From the UHGV virus genome UHGV-2126844: a DNA stretch of 20,767 nucleotides. The stretch is one strand, 5' to 3'. The notes under the pieces are model-generated. The model did not search any database. It worked only from the letters and a program-made list of their open reading frames with translations, and was not told the origin of the DNA. This DNA is from a virus. The translations under genes and the position numbers were made by a program. This document shows, in pieces, positions 16,281 through 20,767 of this stretch. The first letter of the stretch is position 1, and each line of letters starts with the position of its first letter.

Positions 16281-16905
16281 GGAAGTCAACAAAAAGCAGC
16301 TGGCTGACATTTTCGGTGCGAGTATCCGTACCATTCAGAACTGGCAGGAACAGGGAATGCCCGTTCTGCGAGGCGGTGGCAAGGGTAATGAGGTGCTTTA
16401 TGACTCTGCCGCCGTCATAAAATGGTATGCCGAAAGGGATGCTGAAATTGAGAACGAAAAGCTGCGCCGGGAGGTTGAAGAACTGCGGCAGGCCAGCGAG
16501 GCAGATCTCCAGCCAGGGACTATTGAGTACGAACGCCATCGACTTACGCGTGCGCAGGCCGACGCACAGGAACTGAAGAATGCCAGAGACTCCGCTGAAG
16601 TGGTGGAAACCGCATTCTGTACTTTCGTGTTGTCGCGGATCGCAGGTGAAATTGCCAGTATTCTCGACGGGATCCCCCTGTCGGTGCAGCGGCGTTTTCC
16701 GGAACTGGAAAACCGACATGTTGATTTCCTGAAACGGGATATCATCAAAGCCATGAACAAAGCAGCCGCGCTGGATGAACTGATACCCATAGTATTAGCG
16801 GGACTGCAAATAGTGCCGGTGCGCACCAACACAAGAGTTCCGGTGCATTTGGTGGCACGAACACGAGCATTTTCCCTAATGGTTATACCGCGATTTCAAA
16901 TCTAA
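16279..16905 (+). pseudogene. nohD: Terminase small subunit Nu1/NohD, C-terminally truncated: homology for about 170 codons to about 16789, then reads out of frame into tail-fibre DNA
   Basis: MEVNKKQLADIFGASIRTIQNWQEQGMPVLRGGGKGNEVLYDSAAVIKWYAERD...KAAALDELIP matches lambda Nu1; after ELIP the ORF diverges (IVLAGLQIVPVRTNTRV...) where lambda has GLLSEYIEQSG. No terminase large subunit follows. Confidence 0.82.
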
Positions 16906-17165
16906 GCGCGGGGATTATGAGCACAACAAGCGGTAGTGGCCAGACTCGTAATGCAGGGAAGACATCATCAGATGGTGCTCATACCCACTCGCTGTCCGGC
17001 ACTGCTGCAAGCGCAGGCGCACATGCACATACTGTCGGTATTGGTGCTCATACGCACTCCGTTGCGATTGGCTCACACGGACACACCATCACCGTTAACG
17101 CTGCTGGTAACGCGGAAAACACCGTCAAAAACATCGCATTTAACTATATTGTGAGGCTTGCATAA
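16790..17165 (+). pseudogene. 3' fragment of a side-tail-fibre gene (lambda Stf-like C-terminus with His-x-His repeats), joined to nohD by deletion
   Basis: In-frame translation ...[101 protein letters not shown]; no start codon and no N-terminal fibre domains. Confidence 0.72.
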
Positions 17166-17746
17166 TGGCATTCAGAATGAGTGAACAACCACGGACCATA
17201 AAAATTTATAATCTGCTGGCCGGAACTAATGAATTTATTGGTGAAGGTGATGCATATATTCCGCCTCATACAGGTCTGCCAGCAAACAGTACCGATATTG
17301 CACCGCCAGATATTCCGGCTGGCTTCGTGGCTGTTTTCAACAGTGATGAGTCATCGTGGCATCTTGTTGAAGACCATCGGGGTAAAACAGTTTATGACGT
17401 GGCATCAGGGGACGCGTTATTTATTTCTGAACTCGGCTCATTACCGGAAAATGTTACCTGGTTATCCCCGGAAGGGGAGTTTCAGAAGTGGAACGGCACA
17501 GCCTGGGTGAAGGATACGGAAGCAGAAAAACTGTTCCGGATCCGGGAGGTGGAAGAAACAAAAAACAGCCTGATGCAGGTAGCCAGTGAGCATATAGCGC
17601 CGCTTCAGGATGCTGTGGATCTGGAAATCGCAACGGAGGAAGAAACCTTGTTGCTGGAAGCCTGGAAAAAGTATCGGGTATTGCTGAACCGTGTTGATAC
17701 GTCAACTGCACAGGATATTGAATGGCCAGTAGCACCTATAGGGTAA
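17165..17746 (+). CDS. tfa: Tail-fibre assembly protein Tfa (193 aa)
   Basis: [62 protein letters not shown]... matches lambda Tfa as recalled; start overlaps the stf stop (TAATG). Confidence 0.9.
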   Translation: MAFRMSEQPRTIKIYNLLAGTNEFIGEGDAYIPPHTGLPANSTDIAPPDIPAGFVAVFNSDESSWHLVEDHRGKTVYDVASGDALFISELGSLPENVTWLSPEGEFQKWNGTAWVKDTEAEKLFRIREVEETKNSLMQVASEHIAPLQDAVDLEIATEEETLLLEAWKKYRVLLNRVDTSTAQDIEWPVAPIG

Positions 17747-18604
17747 ATTCGTAATGATTACCTAAATACGTTATTCTTTTGTTCAAAAAGTGATTTTGCT
17801 ATAGATAGGGAGTATGTTCTTGGATTAAGAATAAAAATCGCCATGAAAGAGCTTCATGGCGAGTACATAAACGTACAAAATGTGATGAAAGTAGAGTGGC
17901 GTAAGCCACTATATTAAGATGTGACAATAGCGAAGAAAAGTAAATAACATTTTATGGACGTTTAATTGTTAATTATAAAAACTAGAGTGCCCGATATTGT
18001 TTACCTTGCTTTAAAATAATGTACTCAAACCAAATTTTTGAGCTAAAAGCTCAAATAATATAAATGCAATAATAATGTTTAATAAGACAATTAGCTTGCT
18101 TTGTATTTTCATTTCGGAATACTGTTAAGTAACTTTGATGACCCTAACAATAGATCGGAATTTTCTTAGAGTCAATGGTCACTGTTTTTGCTTGCAAAGC
18201 AAATGTTTTGGTGGTTATAAGTTGTCTTAATATAGTCACGCATGCAACTTGTTCCATGCGGAGATTAAAGATTGGAATATAACGCTAAGATGGAATTAAA
18301 TTACATTTGCAATAATCAATTTATTATTACGCAATAATTACCGATATTATTATTGTAAATTAATCATTAGAGTGCAAAAAGAAATGTAACGGCAAAATAA
18401 GAGGACGATAGCTGAGAAAAAAGCGTGCTTTCCCAATCTGGGGCAAATCACGTCTGAATGACACCTGAAAACAGGTGGTAGCCTCAAGAAGGCTTGGAAT
18501 ATTCTTCTTTAATGTTATGTAATTCATTGATTTTTCGTGTACGATTTAAAGACATTTATTCCAAGAAAAATTTTTAACTCTTTGATTTTTCGACTCTGTA
18601 TCAT

Positions 18605-18666
18605 CGGTCTCGAAAACCGGAGTAGGGGCAACTCTACCGGGGGTTCAAATCCCCCTCTCTCCGCCA
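18605..18666 (+). tRNA. Partial tRNA-Ser (3' about 62 nt: anticodon arm with CGA anticodon, long variable arm, T-arm, 3' acceptor strand and CCA); the 5' 30 nt are absent, so not a functional gene
   Basis: CGGTCTCGAAAACCGGAGTAGGGGCAACTCTACCGGGGGTTCAAATCCCCCTCTCTCCGCCA matches the 3' two-thirds of E. coli tRNA-Ser(CGA) as recalled. No complementary 5' acceptor strand (GGAGAGA) upstream. Confidence 0.75.
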
Positions 18667-19250
18667 CTTTATCAATGACTTATCTCCCGACTTCCCGCCT
18701 TGCTTTTCCTAAACAGAACAATCGTAGAATATTCTTGAAGGGTTAGATCGTCACTGTTTTCTGTTCGATACTGTGACATTCAGCACTTGATTCGCTATGG
18801 ATCTGACAGGAAGGTTTTGAGCGAAAATTTGCAGTTATTCAGTCGTTTTCTTATCGGTCACCATTATTCTTTTAGACATTGATCCTACAAAGCTGCCGCA
18901 AAGTTGGTGGTGGGAACTGAAGTTGCGTAGAGAAGGGGTCAATACCCGGAGGCAAACATGGGCTGGCAAAAGTGTAGCGGTATTAGGCGCAGCTATTTAG
19001 CCTAGTTATGTTTTATGAAAACTTGATATCATATAAGTGTCTTACTTATTGGCTGTAAATAAGTTTTTCCTAAGGAATTGTTTCTTGAGTATCATTTGTA
19101 ACTGTAACGGAATTTATAATCCTTTGCTTTATTGTTACGGTATTTTTTATCACACCCTATTTTTTATGTGGTTTTTTATACTGAAGTTTGGCAAAGTGAA
19201 CTTTATATGCATATACTTCATCCTGGTTTCAGTTAAGTTGGGTGGATGAT

Positions 19251-19994
19251 ATGGCAACTACATGTTCAGTTATATTGATTTTGGAGTCCTTTGATGTTTA
19301 TTTCGGAAAAGAGAGTGTGTTTCTGGAGAGAGGTTCATCTGTACTTGTCGACTCTAGCTCTAGAGATTTTTTCCTGACATATCCTGAAAGAGTGATAGTG
19401 GCGGATTTTGGCGCTGAGTTTATTAGTCGCTATTTGAAAGCTAATAACTTAAGGGATATTTCTGATTGTAGGGAATATCCATCTTATTTAAAAATAAACT
19501 TTGCTGACTTCAGTTTAATTAAAGGATTAATTAGTTGGGCTAATCACTGTGCTGAATACATAGAAATTTTTGATGAGTCTATTGCTTTTACATGTCTCTC
19601 TGCATTTTCTTCTGAAAAACAATTTGGAGTATTTCTGTTTGAATGTTTGAAAAGCACAGGGGCTAAAGTTAAAACGATTATTCATACGGATTTATCTGCA
19701 CCATGGCGTCTTAAGGATATATCATCAAGATTATATCTCAGCGAAAGTTTACTAAAGAGGAAATTGAAAGAAGAGGGGGTATCATTCAGTAAGATCATAC
19801 TTGATGAGAGGATGCAAATGGCTGAATATTTACTCAGCACTCGTTGTTATCCTATTAGTAAAGTAGCTAAGGTCTGTGGTTATGCCAGTGTCTCATACTT
19901 TACTTATGTATTTAGACGTTATTTTGGTGTTTCTCCAAGTCAATACTCTCAGAGCAGTTCAGAAAGTAAAATTCTTACTCACCAGGGAATCTGA
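19251..19994 (+). CDS. AraC/XylS-family transcriptional regulator (about 247 aa), AppY/EnvY-like
   Basis: C-terminal double helix-turn-helix typical of AraC proteins (WRLKDISSRLYLSESLLKRKLKEEGVSFSKIILDERMQMAEYLLSTRCYPISKVAKVCGYASVSYFTYVFRRYFGVSPSQY). Recognisably related but not identical to AppY as recalled. Long AT-rich leader. Start may instead be the GTG at 19242. Confidence 0.78.
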   Translation: MATTCSVILILESFDVYFGKESVFLERGSSVLVDSSSRDFFLTYPERVIVADFGAEFISRYLKANNLRDISDCREYPSYLKINFADFSLIKGLISWANHCAEYIEIFDESIAFTCLSAFSSEKQFGVFLFECLKSTGAKVKTIIHTDLSAPWRLKDISSRLYLSESLLKRKLKEEGVSFSKIILDERMQMAEYLLSTRCYPISKVAKVCGYASVSYFTYVFRRYFGVSPSQYSQSSSESKILTHQGI

Positions 19995-20035
19995 TCATTG
20001 TTCTTGCCCCCTTATTTCCAGACAGGGGGTGTATC

Positions 20036-20503
20036 TTAAGTTAACGTTACCCGCTGACGTCGATATTCTCGCGGAGAGCGATAACCCAACGCACTGTGCG
20101 GATGGTTTTCATTGTAATGTTCGATCGCCACTGCAAGATTATGCAATGCCGTTCTTACATTCGGTTTCGGCATGAACGCGATGTAGTCTTCCTTCATCGT
20201 TTTCACGAACCTTTCTGCCATTCCATTACTCTGAGGACTGCTGATTGCCGTTGTGCAGGGCTCCAGATTCAACTCTCTGGCGAACTGCCATGTTTCATGC
20301 GCTCTATACGCTGAACCGTTATCTGTCAGCCACTGGATGGACTGTTCCGGTACTTTATCGCCAAAGCGTTTTTCTATCGCTCCTAACATGACATCCTGCA
20401 CTGTCGCTTTATCGTAACCTCCCGTGCTTGCGGCCCAGTCTATGGCTTCACGATCGCAACAGTCCAGGGCGAACGTAACACGCAGTTTTGAATCGCCACG
20501 GGT
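20036..20503 (-). pseudogene. IS3-family transposase OrfB fragment (C-terminal integrase/DDE core, about 155 codons, no start)
   Basis: Open frame [48 protein letters not shown]...[22 protein letters not shown]. The upstream part is missing; the frame is closed by TAA at 20504-20506. Confidence 0.72.
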
Positions 20504-20551
20504 TTAACAGACACCTCAGAGTCATTTAAGATGGCTTAAAGAGAGGTGCCC

Positions 20552-20767
20552 ATGAGCGGTAAGCGTTATCCCGAAGAGTTTAAAACTGAAGCAGTCAAAC
20601 AGGTTGTTGATCGCGGTTATTCTGTTGCCAGCGTTGCAACACGTCTCGATATCACCACCCACAGCCTTTATGCCTGGATAAAGAAGTACGGTCCGGATTA
20701 CTCCACTTTTTCATCAAGCCAATCCGCCCACCACTGCATCATTTCTCTGCGCTTATCGAGATACTGA
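20552..20767 (+). CDS. IS3-family transposase OrfA (HTH N-terminal part, 71 aa to a TGA at the window end); may be truncated or frameshifted
   Basis: MSGKRYPEEFKTEAVKQVVDRGYSVASVATRLDITTHSLYAWIKKYGPD is a typical IS3-family OrfA helix-turn-helix. The tail (YSTFSSSQSAHHCIISLRLSRY) does not look like the usual leucine-zipper region. Confidence 0.65.
   Translation: MSGKRYPEEFKTEAVKQVVDRGYSVASVATRLDITTHSLYAWIKKYGPDYSTFSSSQSAHHCIISLRLSRY

Larger units (their letters stand above)
1331..17746. mobile_element. Defective mosaic lambdoid prophage (left end at attL; right end not in window or unclear); lacks immunity, replication and all head/tail genes
   Basis: attL, int, xis, exo, truncated bet, Q-like antiterminator, lysis cassette, cos, truncated Nu1 and tail-fibre remnants in lambdoid order. 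No cI, cro, N, O, P or capsid/tail ORFs anywhere in the six-frame track. Confidence 0.85.
19995..20767. mobile_element. IS3-family insertion-sequence remnants: a 5'-truncated orfB (minus strand) abutting an oppositely oriented orfA (plus strand) that runs to the window edge
   Basis: See the two component features. Head-to-head arrangement with the junction near 20504-20551. Terminal inverted repeats not confidently identified. Confidence 0.7.

Noticed and set aside
16180-16832. Minus-strand ORFs 16180-16719 and 16398-16832 and plus-strand 16214-16420 around Nu1
   Set aside because: They overlap cosB and the conserved Nu1 coding frame.
16936-17735. Alternative-frame ORFs 16936-17154, 17229-17510 and 17454-17735
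   Set aside because: They overlap the tail-fibre fragment and tfa, whose frames give recognisable products.
18537-19249. Track ORFs 18537-18746 and 19037-19249
   Set aside because: The first runs through the tRNA-Ser fragment; the second is a Phe/Ile/Tyr-rich reading of the AT-rich leader of the AraC gene with no RBS.
19876-20314. Plus-strand ORFs 19876-20175 and 20096-20314
   Set aside because: Antisense to the IS3-family OrfB fragment, which has a recognisable transposase core.
1-20767. CRISPR arrays, rRNA genes or an intact tRNA
   Set aside because: No spaced direct-repeat array, no rRNA-like sequence and no complete tRNA cloverleaf were seen; the only tRNA-like sequence is the 3' fragment at 18605-18666.

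Overview
This window is the left ~19 kb of a defective, mosaic lambdoid prophage sitting in the phage lambda attachment site next to the host gene ybhC, followed by non-phage cargo. All calls rest on reading the sequence and ORF track and on recalled protein families; no database search was run. Layout: ybhC (1-1284, minus); attL with the lambda core GCTTTTTTATACTAA (1331-1345) and a P' arm; lambda-type int and xis. Where lambda carries ea8.5 there is instead a non-lambda cassette: a 142-aa protein, an upstream ribbon-helix-helix/zinc-ribbon ORF split by an in-frame TGA, and a 204-aa secreted cysteine-rich protein with its own terminator. A lambda-like block follows (ea22-position ORF, TraR-like orf73, orf63, orf60a, exo) and ends in a 5'-truncated bet. 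The whole gam-to-P region (immunity, N, replication) is absent and replaced by an AT-rich insert carrying a coupled two-lipoprotein operon, the second a SlyB-family glycine-zipper lipoprotein. Downstream is a DLP12-like late region (ylcH, ybcN, ninE, ybcO, rusA, ylcG, quuD, intact nmpC porin, essD-rrrD-rzpD/rzoD, borD, ybcV, ybcW, ylcI), a complete cos site, a C-terminally truncated Nu1/nohD fused to a side-tail-fibre fragment, and tfa. All head and tail genes are missing. Beyond tfa lie ~850 bp of AT-rich non-coding DNA, a 62-nt 3' fragment of tRNA-Ser, an AppY-like AraC regulator and head-to-head IS3-family fragments. The best candidates for an undescribed system are the int-proximal cassette (2893-4678) and the lipoprotein island (7300-9012); neither can be assigned a function from sequence alone.
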